A DNA stretch of 64,000 bases from Actinomycetales bacterium (GTDB lineage Bacteria; Actinomycetota; Actinomycetes; Actinomycetales; Microbacteriaceae). The notes beneath the pieces are model-generated. The model saw nothing but the letters and a program-made list of their open reading frames with translations. It had not been told where the DNA came from and did not search any database. The DNA lies in contig JAATFA010000108.1 in assembly GCA_015655445.1 (NCBI GenBank), positions 26,410 to 90,409 on the forward strand, given 5' to 3'. Numbering within the stretch: the stretch's first letter is position 1; each line of letters opens with the position of its first letter. Made by a program: the position numbers and the translations under genes. Of this stretch, positions 37,256 through 47,484 are shown piece after piece.

Positions 37256-37771
37256 ATGCACGTCGCCTCGGTCCGGATCGTCCTCATCAACGCGGCGACG
37301 GCCGCGGCGCTCGCGCAGATCCTCCCCATCCTGCTGCTCACCCTCATGGTCGAGCTGCGTCGCACCGAGCTGCACCGGCGGGGTCGCTCGCGTCGTCTCA
37401 CGTTCGCCTGGATCGGCGCGTTCTTCGGCGTCTTCGGCCTCGTGGAGACGGCGCTCGTGCTCTCGATCGACGGCGCGCTCGTTCCGTTCCGGCTCGTCGA
37501 CTTCGTCGCCGCGCTCACGATCTTCGGGCTGCTCGCGCTGCTCTTCGTCCTGTCGATGATGGACGCGCCCGACCGCTCACGGGACGAGGGCGCGGGCGGG
37601 GGCGCACGGCATGCGTCCCGGCATCTCGCTACGGACGCCCGCGATCCCGCGGACGCCCGCGATCCCGCAGAGGCCCGGGACCCCGCAGACACCCGGGACC
37701 CGGCGGCGCTCGGCGATCCCGCAGAGACCCGCAACCCGGATGATGCGCGTACCCCTCCCGGCGGCGCGTGA
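37256..37771 (+). CDS. Membrane protein with C-terminal hexapeptide repeats
   Basis: Three hydrophobic segments followed by (DARDPA)-like repeats; start uncertain. Confidence 0.65.
   Translation: MHVASVRIVLINAATAAALAQILPILLLTLMVELRRTELHRRGRSRRLTFAWIGAFFGVFGLVETALVLSIDGALVPFRLVDFVAALTIFGLLALLFVLSMMDAPDRSRDEGAGGGARHASRHLATDARDPADARDPAEARDPADTRDPAALGDPAETRNPDDARTPPGGA
37634..37759 (+). repeat. 18-bp coding tandem repeat x7
   Basis: gacgcccgcgatcccgcg and degenerate copies. Confidence 0.85.
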
Positions 37772-37909
37772 GCGCGACCCGCCCCCACCCGGCCTGAGCC
37801 GCCCTGGCCTGGCCCGGAGCCGCCCCGACCTGGCCCGAGCCACCTCGACCCCGCCCCGTCCCGCCCGGCTCGGACCGCGCCGCCCGACGCCCGCCCCGGC
37901 GACGCGGGC

Positions 37910-38758
37910 TCAGCGCACGAGCCGGCCGAGCAGCGACGAGGCCGCGACGATCCCGGCGATCACGGCGACGACGAGCACCGCGAAGTCGAGCAGGAGGTGG
38001 TCGGGCGTGCCGATGAGCATGCCGCGCAGGGCATCCACCTCGTAGCTGAGCGGGTTGACGTAGCTGATGACCTTGAGCCACCCGGGCATGATGTCGACCG
38101 GGTAGAGGGCGTTCGAGGCGAAGAAGAGGGGCATCGTGATCGCCTGGCCGATCCCCATGAGGCGGTCCCGCACGCGCACGAGCCCCGCGATCGTCATCGA
38201 CAGGCACGAGAAGAAGCCGGCGCCGAGCAGCACGACGGCCATCGCCCCGAGCAGGTCGAGCGGGTTGGGGCTGATGCCCACGCCGAGGATGACCGAGAGG
38301 ATGACGATCACGACGACCTGCGCCATCGAGCGCACCCCCGCGGCGAACGCCTTGCCCGTGATGAGCGCCGACCGCGGTGTCGGCGTCACGAGGAGCTTCG
38401 TGAGGATGCCGGCGTCTCGGTCCCAGATGATCTGGATGCCGTAGAAGATCGAGATGAACAGCGCGGACTGCGCGATGACGCCGGGCGCGAGGAAGGCGAG
38501 GTAGGGCACCGACCCGGTCGGGATGGTGTGCAGGCGCGTGAACGTCTCGCCGAAGATGAGCATCCACAACGCGGGCTGGATGGCGCGGGTGACGAGCTCG
38601 GTGCGGTCGTGGCTGAGCTTCTGCAGCTCGACGATCGCGAAGGTGCCGATGCGGCTCGCGAGCGCGCGCCAGCGGCGCCATCCGCGCGGCGCCCGCAGCG
38701 CTGTCGGCGGCGCGTCGTCAGCCCATGCGGCGGGCGGTGGCACGAGAGCGTCGGACAT
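37910..38758 (-). CDS. ABC-2 type exporter permease
   Basis: YLAFLAPG, FFASNALYP..MP.WL...NPLSY. Confidence 0.93.
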   Translation of the reverse strand: MSDALVPPPAAWADDAPPTALRAPRGWRRWRALASRIGTFAIVELQKLSHDRTELVTRAIQPALWMLIFGETFTRLHTIPTGSVPYLAFLAPGVIAQSALFISIFYGIQIIWDRDAGILTKLLVTPTPRSALITGKAFAAGVRSMAQVVVIVILSVILGVGISPNPLDLLGAMAVVLLGAGFFSCLSMTIAGLVRVRDRLMGIGQAITMPLFFASNALYPVDIMPGWLKVISYVNPLSYEVDALRGMLIGTPDHLLLDFAVLVVAVIAGIVAASSLLGRLVR

Positions 38759-39566
38759 CGCGCAGGCCTCCTTCCTCTGCGGTGTTCGCGAGCTCGGCGC
38801 CCGCGTACTGGCGGAAGACGTCCTCGAGCGTCGCGGTCGGCCCGAGCGCGCGCTTGAGCTCGCCGGGCGATCCGACGACCTGCAATCGGCCGTGGTGCAG
38901 GAGCGCGACGCGGTCGCACAGCGCGTCCGCCTCCTCCATGTAGTGGGTCGTGAGCAGCACGGTCATGTCGTAGCGCTCGCGCATCTCGGCGACGCGCTGC
39001 CACACGCTGTCGCGTGCGATCGGATCGAGGCCGACCGTGGGCTCGTCGAGCACGAGGAGCGCGGGCCGGTTGACGAGCGCCTGCGCGAGCTCGAGCCGGC
39101 GCACCATGCCGCCCGAGTAGGTCGAGGCGACACGGTCGGCGACGTCGAGCAGGTTCATGGCCGCGAGGGCCTCGTCGACGCGCTCGCGGCGCTCCGCACG
39201 GGGCACGTCGAAGAGCCGCGCGAACCACATGACGTTCTGCCGACCTGTGAGGGCCGCCTCGATCGAGAGCTGCTGCGGCACGTAGCCGAGGTTGTAGCGC
39301 ACGTCGGTTCGGTGCCGCATGACGTCGAGGCCGAAGACCTCGACCGTGCCCGACTGGACGGGCACGAGCGTGTTGAGCACGCGGATCGTCGTCGTCTTGC
39401 CGGCGCCGTTCGGGCCGAGGAGTCCGAACGCCTCGCCGCGGGCGATCGTGAGCGAGAGGTCGTCGACGGCCGTGAAGTCGCCGTAGCGGTGCGTGAGGTG
39501 GTGACACTCGACGGCGGGCGTGGCGACGCGGTCGCGCGTGCCGATCGTCTCGGGTGCGGTGCTCAC
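38718..39566 (-). CDS. ABC exporter ATP-binding protein (DrrA-like)
   Basis: GPNGAGKTT, YSGGM, LDEPT.GLD, TTHYMEEA. Confidence 0.95.
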   Translation of the reverse strand: MSTAPETIGTRDRVATPAVECHHLTHRYGDFTAVDDLSLTIARGEAFGLLGPNGAGKTTTIRVLNTLVPVQSGTVEVFGLDVMRHRTDVRYNLGYVPQQLSIEAALTGRQNVMWFARLFDVPRAERRERVDEALAAMNLLDVADRVASTYSGGMVRRLELAQALVNRPALLVLDEPTVGLDPIARDSVWQRVAEMRERYDMTVLLTTHYMEEADALCDRVALLHHGRLQVVGSPGELKRALGPTATLEDVFRQYAGAELANTAEEGGLRDVRRSRATARRMG

Positions 39567-40117
39567 GCGGCTGCCTCCGCCTCGAGCGCGTCGAGGCGCG
39601 CCGTGAGCGCCTCGATCGCGCCGAGGCCGGCGACGAGGGCGTCGCGCTCCCGCGGCTCGAGGGAGGCGATCGCCGCGGCGAGCAGCGCGTGCCGCTTGCG
39701 TCGCACGGCGTCCGCGGCGGCCTGGGCGGGCCGCGGCAGGCTCAGCCGGGCGACGCGTCCGTCCCGCGGGTCGCGCGTGCGCTCGAGGTCGCCGCGCGCG
39801 ACGAGCGATCCGACGAGAGTCGAGACCGTGTTGGGCGCGAGGCCGAGTCGCGCGGCGGCGTCGCCGACGGCGATGCCGGGGTGGCGGCCGACGAGCCGCA
39901 GGAGCTCCGCGTGCGCCTCGGTGAGTCCGCGGCCGCTCACCGTGCGGCCGGCGAGCCGGCGGATGCGGCGCCGCACGCCGCCGAGCGCGGAGAGCATGCG
40001 CGGGACGAGGCCGGGGTCGATCGAAGGGTCGATCGAGGCGCCGGGCGCGGTGGCGAGCGGGGGAGCGGTCGGCGGGTCGAGCAGAGGATCGAGCGGGGGA
40101 TCAGGACGCGGGCTCAC
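39563..40117 (-). CDS. MarR family regulator
   Basis: LGLAPNTVSTLVGSL...DPRDGRVARL; GTGA-coupled to the ATPase; start uncertain. Confidence 0.85.
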   Translation of the reverse strand: MSPRPDPPLDPLLDPPTAPPLATAPGASIDPSIDPGLVPRMLSALGGVRRRIRRLAGRTVSGRGLTEAHAELLRLVGRHPGIAVGDAAARLGLAPNTVSTLVGSLVARGDLERTRDPRDGRVARLSLPRPAQAAADAVRRKRHALLAAAIASLEPRERDALVAGLGAIEALTARLDALEAEAAA

Positions 40118-40128
40118 GCCCTCAATTT

Positions 40129-40145
40129 ACCTCTGCAACAGAGGT
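40129..40145. promoter_or_regulatory. Candidate MarR operator ACCTCTG-CAA-CAGAGGT
   Basis: Perfect 7-bp dyad just upstream of the MarR-ABC operon. Confidence 0.6.
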
Positions 40146-40367
40146 GTCTGCAATCAACGGGGTCTGCGCGCTGCGCGTCGGGCAACGGCCCACGCCGTGT
40201 CCGTGTCCGCGCCGTGTCGATATCGGTGGCCGCGTTGCTTCCGCCCGCTCCCGTGGCGGCAGCCCGAATCCGCGTCCGCATTCCCGTCCGTAGCCGCATG
40301 CCGCATCCGCGGCCGGAATGGCGACCGGCGCTCCGGGGTCCCCCGCCGGTGCCGTCGCGCCCCGCCA

Positions 40368-41585
40368 TCAGGGCGTCGCGACCGGGACGCGCGGCTCGAG
40401 GCGCCGCCGGCTCGCGAGCGCGATCGTCGACGAGCCGAGGGCGAGGACGGTGCTCGCGGTCGTGACCCCGAGCCAGCCGAAGCCCGCGAAGACGGCGGTC
40501 GAGATGAGCGACCCCATCGCGCCGCCGAGGAACGTGCTCGTCATGAAGAGCATGTTGACGCGACTGCGCGCCGTCGGTAGCAGGCGGAGCGCGCGCAGCT
40601 GGTTCGCCATCTGGCTCGACTGGTTGCCAACGTAGAGGACGATCGAGCCGATGACGACGAAGACGAGCGAGAGCTTCGAGAACGCGAACACGATCGTGCC
40701 GAGCAGCAGCACGCACTGCCCGACCGGGATCGTGATCGAGGGTCCCCACCGGTCGACGGCGCGCGCCTGCCACGGGGCGGCGATCACGGTCGCGAGCCCG
40801 AGCAGCCCGAACAGGCCCGCCTCGGCGACCGACAGGCGGTACGGGGGCTCGGTGAGCAGGAGCACGACGCTCGTCCAGACGAGGTTGAACGCGCCGAAGG
40901 TGATCCCTTGCAGCGCGCACGACCAGCGCAGGAGGGGCTCGCGCGCGAGCAGCGCGAGCGTCGAGCCGAGCAGTCGCGGATAGGAGACGCGCTCCATGCG
41001 CTCCTGCCGGGGGAGGAACACGACGAGCGCGATCGCGACGAGCGCGGTCGCGATCGCGGAGATCGCGTACACGGAGCGCCAGCCCAGGTACTCGCCGATC
41101 GAGCCGCCTGCGACGCGCGAGAGGATGATGCCGGCCGTGATGCCCGCCTGGACGGTCGCGACCGCGCGCGCCTGGTGGCGCTCGGCGACGGTGTTCATGA
41201 GGAACGGGATGAGCACGTGCGCCGTGACAGTGAGCGCGCTGAACGCGAACGTGGCGAGCGCGAGCTCCGGCAGCGAGAGCGCGAGGGCGGCGAGCGTGAG
41301 CCCGACGGCCGTGCCGCCGAGCAGCACGCCGACGAGCGGGCGGTGGCGCACGACATCGCCGAGGGGGATGAAGAGGAAGAGCCCGAGGGCGTATCCGACC
41401 TGCGACGCGGTCGCGACGACGCCGATCGCGCCGACGCCGACTCCAAGGTCCTTCGCCATGAGGGTCAGCAGGGGAAGGGCGAGGTAGATGTTGCCGACCG
41501 TCACGCAGCAGCACACGGCGGCGAGGCCGACGAGCGCGCGATCGGAGAGCCGGCGCATGGGGGCGCCGCTCGGGGTGCTGGTCAT
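40368..41585 (-). CDS. MFS transporter
   Basis: GNIYLALPLL, QVGYALGLFLFIPLGD, 12-TM pattern. Confidence 0.92.
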   Translation of the reverse strand: MTSTPSGAPMRRLSDRALVGLAAVCCCVTVGNIYLALPLLTLMAKDLGVGVGAIGVVATASQVGYALGLFLFIPLGDVVRHRPLVGVLLGGTAVGLTLAALALSLPELALATFAFSALTVTAHVLIPFLMNTVAERHQARAVATVQAGITAGIILSRVAGGSIGEYLGWRSVYAISAIATALVAIALVVFLPRQERMERVSYPRLLGSTLALLAREPLLRWSCALQGITFGAFNLVWTSVVLLLTEPPYRLSVAEAGLFGLLGLATVIAAPWQARAVDRWGPSITIPVGQCVLLLGTIVFAFSKLSLVFVVIGSIVLYVGNQSSQMANQLRALRLLPTARSRVNMLFMTSTFLGGAMGSLISTAVFAGFGWLGVTTASTVLALGSSTIALASRRRLEPRVPVATP

Positions 41586-41679
41586 GGGGGTCCTCGGCGG
41601 GGCGAACGGGCGGGGCGAGCGGGCGGGGCGGGCGACGACGCGTGTGCACGGCCGCCCGCCCCGCGGGACCGGGACGCCG

Positions 41680-43008
41680 TCAGTCGAAGTACGGGTTCTT
41701 CGGCGTCGGCAGGCCGAGGTTCTCCCGGAGTGTGCCTCCGCGGTAGTCCTCGTGGAAGAGGCCGCGGCGCTGGAGCTCCGGGATGAGCAGGTCGACGATC
41801 GCCTCGAGCCCGATCGGCATGACGGGCGCGGCGAGGTTGAACCCGTCGCACGCCTCCTCCCGGTACCACTGCTCCATCTGGTCGGCGACCTGCACCGCGT
41901 CGCCGAGGAAGAGGACGTGCCCCATCGACGGCAGGACGCGCTCGTAGGTCTCGCGCACGGTGAGGTTGTCCTTCTGGGCGACCTCGACGATCGTCTTGCG
42001 GAAGCTCGAGATCGCGTTCGTCTCGCCCGAGAGCGCGGGCATGGGGCCGTCGAGCGGATACTTCGACATGTCCTCCTCGACGAGCTTGGAGAGGTAGGGC
42101 ACGCCGAGCGCGGGGGAGATGAGCGACTGCAGCTCCTCGTACAGCTCGCGCGCCTCCGACTCCGTGCGTCCGACGAAGATCGTCGCGCCGGGCAGGACGC
42201 GCAAGTGCTCGGGAGCGCGGCCGTGGGCGGCGAGTCGGCCCTTCATGTCCGCGTAGTAGTCCTTGCCCTGCTCGATCGTGTTGGCGACCGAGAACACGCA
42301 GTCGGCGTGCTTGGCCGCGAGTGCGCGGCCCTGCTCCGACTGCCCGGCGAGGAAGAGCACAGGGTAGCCCTGGGGCATGCGGGCGACGTTGAGCGGGCCC
42401 TGCACCTTGAAGTGCTTGCCGACGTGGTTGAGCACGTGCACGCGCTCGGGGTCGAGGTAGCGCCCGCTCTCCTGGTCCTCGATGAAGGCGTCGGCGGCCC
42501 AGCTGTCCCACAGCCCCTTGCAGACCTCGACGAACTCCTCGCTGCGCTCGTAGCGCTCGAGCCGGTCGACGTGCTCGTCGCGGCCGAAGTTCTTCGAGTC
42601 GCCCGGGTAGGAGCCCGTGACGATGTTCCACGACGAGCGCCCCTTGCTCAGGTGGTCGAGGGAGGCGAATCGCCGCGCGAGCAGGTACGGCTCGTCGTAG
42701 GTCGTCGTCGCGGTCGCCATGAGGCCGATCTGGTCCGTGTGCTGCGAGATCGCGGAGTACAGCGTCGTCGGCTCGAACGCGGTCGGACGGTCGGAGGGGC
42801 TGTTCGCGGCGAAGAGCTCGGGCTTGTCCATCTGGCGCACGGCGTTGCCGTCCGCGACGAAGAGCATGTCGATCTTGCCGCGCTCGGCCGTCTTGGCCGC
42901 CCACACGAGGTGGTCGAGGTTCATGGCCGTGTTCTTCCACGACCTCGGGTGGCGCCATCCGCCGAGGTGGCCGCCGATCGCGCCGAGGCCGGTCATCAGA
43001 TTCATCAT
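41680..43008 (-). CDS. NtaA/DmoA/DszA-family FMNH2-dependent monooxygenase (LLM class)
   Basis: GWRHP, AERGKIDMLFVAD, EPYLLARRFASLDHLSKGR..WNIVT, HVGKHFKV.GPLN, TLRENLGL. Confidence 0.93.
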   Translation of the reverse strand: MMNLMTGLGAIGGHLGGWRHPRSWKNTAMNLDHLVWAAKTAERGKIDMLFVADGNAVRQMDKPELFAANSPSDRPTAFEPTTLYSAISQHTDQIGLMATATTTYDEPYLLARRFASLDHLSKGRSSWNIVTGSYPGDSKNFGRDEHVDRLERYERSEEFVEVCKGLWDSWAADAFIEDQESGRYLDPERVHVLNHVGKHFKVQGPLNVARMPQGYPVLFLAGQSEQGRALAAKHADCVFSVANTIEQGKDYYADMKGRLAAHGRAPEHLRVLPGATIFVGRTESEARELYEELQSLISPALGVPYLSKLVEEDMSKYPLDGPMPALSGETNAISSFRKTIVEVAQKDNLTVRETYERVLPSMGHVLFLGDAVQVADQMEQWYREEACDGFNLAAPVMPIGLEAIVDLLIPELQRRGLFHEDYRGGTLRENLGLPTPKNPYFD

Positions 43009-43072
43009 GTGCGGTGCTTCTTTCCTTGGGTGGTTCTCGATGGTCGGGCGACCGGCTCTCGGTCCTCCCGGG

Positions 43073-44719
43073 TCACTTCGCGAGCGAGACGTCGTAGAAG
43101 AGCAGCCAGGACTGGAAGTCCATGGCGAGCCCCTTCACGATCGAGCCGTAGCCGACGAGCTGGGCGCCCTCCCAGAAGGGCACGACGAAGCCGTGGGAGA
43201 TCATGAGGTCCTGGATCTTCCCGTAGGTCGCCTTGCGCTCGGCGGGGTTCGACTCCGCCTGCGACTGCGTGAAGAGCGGCGTGATGCCCGCGCTGTCGAG
43301 CGCGCCCTTGTCCGCGAAGAGGTAGTTGGCGACCGAGTTGCGGATGATGTCGGGGTCGACGTCGGTGAGCGAGGTGATGTCGAGGTCGTAGTCGTGCGAG
43401 GAGCCAGCCGCGACCTGGGCGGCCTGCGTCACGTTGTCGAGCGTGATGCCGATGCCGATGTCCTTCATCTGCTGCTGGAAGAGCTGCAGGAGGCTCGTGT
43501 AGTACGCACCGTAGGTCGCGGTGTAGGTGATCGCGAAGTCGAGCGAGACGCCGTCCTTCGCGCGGATGCCGTCGGAGCCCGCCTTCCATCCCGCCTTGTC
43601 GAGCAGCGACTTCGCCTTCTTCGCGTCGAACGCGAGCTTGGCCGACTCGTCCTTGTACTGCGGGAGGTTGGAGGTGAGGATGCTCGTCGCGGGCTCGTAG
43701 TACGAGCCGAGAACGGCCTGCACGTCGGCGGCGCGATCGAACCCGATCATCATCGCCGAGCGCACCGCCGGATCGTCGAGGCCCGGCTTGGTCGTGTTGA
43801 CGATGAAGGAGGCGGGCAGGCCCGGCTGCGTGCCCTGCATGGGCGTGACCCCCGCGCTCTTGAGCTGGGGGATGTCCTGCGTCGCGATGTCGAGGGCGAC
43901 GTCCGCCTGCTTCGAGGAGAGGGCGCCGTCGCGCGCGTTGGAGACGTTGACGACCTGGAAGTCGATCGCGTCGAGGTACGCGTCGCCCTTGTGGGAGGCG
44001 AGCGCCGAGGGCCACGCGTAGCCGCTGCGCTTGACGACCTCGGCGGACTGGCCCTGCGTGTAGCTCTTCATCGTGAACGGGCCGCTGCCGGAGTAGTCGC
44101 CCGCGCACCGCTCGGCGGGGGTCTTCGACGCGCTCGCGACGGAGAGGATGCCGAGCGTGCTCGTCGAGGCTCCCGCCATGAACTGCACGGCGGGCGAGGA
44201 GAAGTCGACCTCGGCGGTGAGCGGGTCGACGACCTTCGTGCCCGAGTACGAGCTCAGGTAGCCGGCGCCGCGCGACGAGGTGGATTTGAGCGTGTTCTTC
44301 ACGTAGTCGAGGCTCGCCTTGACGGCGTTCGCGTCGACGGGTGTGCCATCGCTGAAGGTCATGCCCTTCTTGAGATGGAACGTGTACACGGTCGCGTCGG
44401 AGTTGACCTCCCATGAGGAGGCGAGCCAGGGCACGACCTTGCCGGTCTTGGGCTGCATGTCGACGAGCGAGTCGACCATCGTCCGCACGACGGCCCGCTC
44501 GTTGGCGCTGAAGGCGACGCCGGGGTCGAGGCACGTGGGGGCCGCGGAGAGCTGCACCTTGAGCGTGCCGCCAGGTGTCGCGGCGGCGCTCGCGCTCGTG
44601 CTCGGCGCGGTCGAGCCACCGGAGGCGCACGAGGCGAGCGCGAGCGCGGCGAGCGCGGCGGTCGCGACGCTCGTGATCGCGGCCCGCGTGCGGGTGAGGG
44701 ATCGGGATGTCGTTCTCAT
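43073..44719 (-). CDS. Peptide/nickel-type ABC substrate-binding lipoprotein (family 5)
   Basis: LASC lipobox, CLDP, PWLASSW, TFSDGTP, GSGPF. Confidence 0.93.
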   Translation of the reverse strand: MRTTSRSLTRTRAAITSVATAALAALALASCASGGSTAPSTSASAAATPGGTLKVQLSAAPTCLDPGVAFSANERAVVRTMVDSLVDMQPKTGKVVPWLASSWEVNSDATVYTFHLKKGMTFSDGTPVDANAVKASLDYVKNTLKSTSSRGAGYLSSYSGTKVVDPLTAEVDFSSPAVQFMAGASTSTLGILSVASASKTPAERCAGDYSGSGPFTMKSYTQGQSAEVVKRSGYAWPSALASHKGDAYLDAIDFQVVNVSNARDGALSSKQADVALDIATQDIPQLKSAGVTPMQGTQPGLPASFIVNTTKPGLDDPAVRSAMMIGFDRAADVQAVLGSYYEPATSILTSNLPQYKDESAKLAFDAKKAKSLLDKAGWKAGSDGIRAKDGVSLDFAITYTATYGAYYTSLLQLFQQQMKDIGIGITLDNVTQAAQVAAGSSHDYDLDITSLTDVDPDIIRNSVANYLFADKGALDSAGITPLFTQSQAESNPAERKATYGKIQDLMISHGFVVPFWEGAQLVGYGSIVKGLAMDFQSWLLFYDVSLAK

Positions 44720-44944
44720 GAGGGAACGCCTTTCGTGGGTGCGGAGGCGGATCGGGTCGGTGCCCGGAAAGGGCCGGCGCCCGGAGGGGGCCGTGCCAGG
44801 CAGGGGAAGGGATGGGATGCGAAACGGTGCGAACGGGATCGGTGCGGTGCTGGGCGGAGTCGGCGCTGTGCTGTGTGCTGTGTGGGAGGGCGGCGGTGCT
44901 GGGTGGGAGGGGGACGAGGGGACGGGGACGGGAGGCGGTGCCGT

Positions 44945-46567
44945 TCAGCTCGCGCCGGCGAGCGCGACCGAGCGGCCCGGGATCGCCTGGAGCAGCTCGC
45001 GCGTGTACTCGGCCTGCGGACGGTCGAAGATCTCCGCCGTGGGGCCCTGCTCGACGACGCGGCCGTTCTTCATGACGAGCACGCGGTGCGCGATCTGCCG
45101 CACGACGGCGAGATCGTGCGAGATGAAGAGATAGGCGACGCCCCTCTCGCGCTGGATGCGCGCAAGGAGCTCGAGGATCTGGGCCTGCACCGAGACGTCG
45201 AGGGCCGAGACGGCCTCGTCGCACACGATGAGCCGTGGCTCGAGCGCGAGAGCGCGCGCGATCGCGACGCGCTGCCGCTGGCCGCCGGAGAGCTCGGCGG
45301 CGCGGCGGCTCACCATCGCGGGATCGAGCGAGACCTGCTCGAGCAGGTCCGCCGCGACGCGCGTGCGCTCGGCGCGTCCGGCGAGCCCGTGGATGTGCAG
45401 CGGCTCCCCGACGATCTCGCCGATCGTGAGCCGCGGGCTCAGGCTCCCGTAGGGGTTCTGGTACACCATCTGCATCGCGCGGCGGTAGGGGCGCATCCGA
45501 TCGCCCTCGACGCTCGTGATGTCGGTGCCGTCCAGGACGATCGTGCCCGCGTCGCTGCGCTCGAGCTTGAGCAGGAGCCGCGCGGTCGTCGACTTGCCGG
45601 AGCCCGACTCTCCGACGATCGCGAGCGTCTCGCCCGCGGCGATCGCGAACGACACGTCGTCGACCGCGACGAGCTCCCCCTCCGCGCCCGCGACGGGGAA
45701 GGCCTTGCGCACGTGCTCGACGGCGACGATCGGCTTCGCGTCCGCATGCGGCGGCACAGGCGCGAAGAGCACCGTGCTCGACAGGCTCGGGGCGGCAGCG
45801 AGCAGCCGTCGCGTGTAGTCGTCGCTCGGGCTCCCGAGCACCTTATCGGTCGTGCCGTGCTCGACGATGCGGCCGCGGTTCATGACGACTATGCGGTCGG
45901 CGCGATCGGCCGCGACCCCGAGGTCGTGCGTGATGAGCAGCACCGATGCGCCGCTCTCCTCGGTGAGGCGCTCGATGTGGTCGAGGATCTGCCGCTGCAC
46001 GGTCACGTCGAGGGCGCTTGTCGGCTCGTCGGCGATCACGAGCTCGGGGGAGCACGCGAGCGCGATCGCGATGAGCACGCGCTGCCGCATGCCGCCGGAG
46101 AGCTGGTGCGGATACTGGCCCGCGACGCGCTCCGCGTTCGGCAGCCCGGCGGTCTCGAGCAGCTCGACGACCTGCGCGTGCGGGTCCGGCGCGAGCATGC
46201 CGTGCACGCGGAACGCCTCCGCGACCTGAGCGCCGATGCGCGTGAGCGGGTTGAGGGACGACATGGGGTCCTGCGGGATGAGCCCGATGTGGGCGCCCCG
46301 GATCGATCGCATGCGGGACTCCGAGACGGTTGTGAGCTCCCGGCCGTCGAACCGGATCGAGCCGCCGTCGACGCGGCCGCCGGGCGGCAGCAGGCGGATC
46401 ACGGCGTGCGCCGTCGTGCTCTTGCCCGACCCCGACTCGCCCACGACCGCGACCGTCTCGCCGCGCCCGACCTCGAGGCTCACGCCGAGGAGGGCGGGCG
46501 TGCGGTCGCGCCGCGTGCCGTACGAGGTGTGGAGGTCGGCGATCTCCAGGAGCGGGGCCGCGGTCAT
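44945..46567 (-). CDS. Peptide-type ABC ATP-binding protein (fused double NBD)
   Basis: Two GESGSGKST and two LSGG motifs; ATG at 46567. Confidence 0.95.
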   Translation of the reverse strand: MTAAPLLEIADLHTSYGTRRDRTPALLGVSLEVGRGETVAVVGESGSGKSTTAHAVIRLLPPGGRVDGGSIRFDGRELTTVSESRMRSIRGAHIGLIPQDPMSSLNPLTRIGAQVAEAFRVHGMLAPDPHAQVVELLETAGLPNAERVAGQYPHQLSGGMRQRVLIAIALACSPELVIADEPTSALDVTVQRQILDHIERLTEESGASVLLITHDLGVAADRADRIVVMNRGRIVEHGTTDKVLGSPSDDYTRRLLAAAPSLSSTVLFAPVPPHADAKPIVAVEHVRKAFPVAGAEGELVAVDDVSFAIAAGETLAIVGESGSGKSTTARLLLKLERSDAGTIVLDGTDITSVEGDRMRPYRRAMQMVYQNPYGSLSPRLTIGEIVGEPLHIHGLAGRAERTRVAADLLEQVSLDPAMVSRRAAELSGGQRQRVAIARALALEPRLIVCDEAVSALDVSVQAQILELLARIQRERGVAYLFISHDLAVVRQIAHRVLVMKNGRVVEQGPTAEIFDRPQAEYTRELLQAIPGRSVALAGAS

Positions 46568-47484
46568 CGGCTCCTCCTTTCCTGCAGCTCTCGCGCGATG
46601 CGGTTGACGCACACGGCGAAGAGGGCGATGAGCAGGCCGGGCAGGCAGCACATCCACCACGCCGTCGCGAGGTAGGGCTGGCCCGCGGCCACGAGGGAGC
46701 CCCACTCGGGGGCCGGCGGCGGGGCGCCGAATCCGAGGAAGCTCAGGGCGGCGATCGCGAGGATCGCCTGGCTGAAGTCGAGGATCGCGAGCACGAGCAC
46801 GGGCCCGACGGCGCTCGGCAGGATGTGGCGGAAGACGATGTAGAGCGTGCCGGCGCCCATCGACCGCTCGGCGTCGACGAACATCGACTCGCGCACGCGC
46901 AGCACCTCCGACCGCATGACCCGCGCGACGCTGCCGATCATGCCGATGCCGACGCCGATCGCGAGCTGCACCGAGCCGAAGCCGATCGCCGTGACGATCG
47001 CCATCGCGAGCAGGAGCATCGGGATGGAGAGGATGACGTCGACCACGCGCATGAGCACACCGTCGACGAGTCGGCCGAGGTATCCCGCGAAGAGGCCGAT
47101 GATCGAGCCGAAGACAAGGCCGATCGCGACCGCGACGACCGTCGTCTGGAGCGAGAGCGTCGTCCCGTGGACCATGCGGGAGAAGACGTCGCGCCCGAGC
47201 TCGTCGGTGCCGAAGAGGTGCGCGAGGCTCGGCGCCTTGAGCAGGGCCGACGTGTCCGTCTTGAGCGGGTCGTACGGTGCGAAGAGGCCCGGCATGATCG
47301 CCCACAGCACGACGAGGAGCACGAGGAGCACCGAGAGCACGAGGCCGGGCCGGCCGAGTGCGGCGAGCAGCCACCGCCGCACGTCCCCGCGCGGCCGCCG
47401 CTCGGCGGCGTGCGGCTCGGGGGTCGGCACGCCGCGCTCGGCGAGGCCGGCCTCGACCTCCTCGTAGGACTGGATCGTGCTCAT
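46564..47484 (-). CDS. Peptide-type ABC permease (DppC-like)
   Basis: HLFGTDELGRDVFSR, RHILP, LSFLG.G..PP..EWG. Confidence 0.93.
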   Translation of the reverse strand: MSTIQSYEEVEAGLAERGVPTPEPHAAERRPRGDVRRWLLAALGRPGLVLSVLLVLLVVLWAIMPGLFAPYDPLKTDTSALLKAPSLAHLFGTDELGRDVFSRMVHGTTLSLQTTVVAVAIGLVFGSIIGLFAGYLGRLVDGVLMRVVDVILSIPMLLLAMAIVTAIGFGSVQLAIGVGIGMIGSVARVMRSEVLRVRESMFVDAERSMGAGTLYIVFRHILPSAVGPVLVLAILDFSQAILAIAALSFLGFGAPPPAPEWGSLVAAGQPYLATAWWMCCLPGLLIALFAVCVNRIARELQERRSR

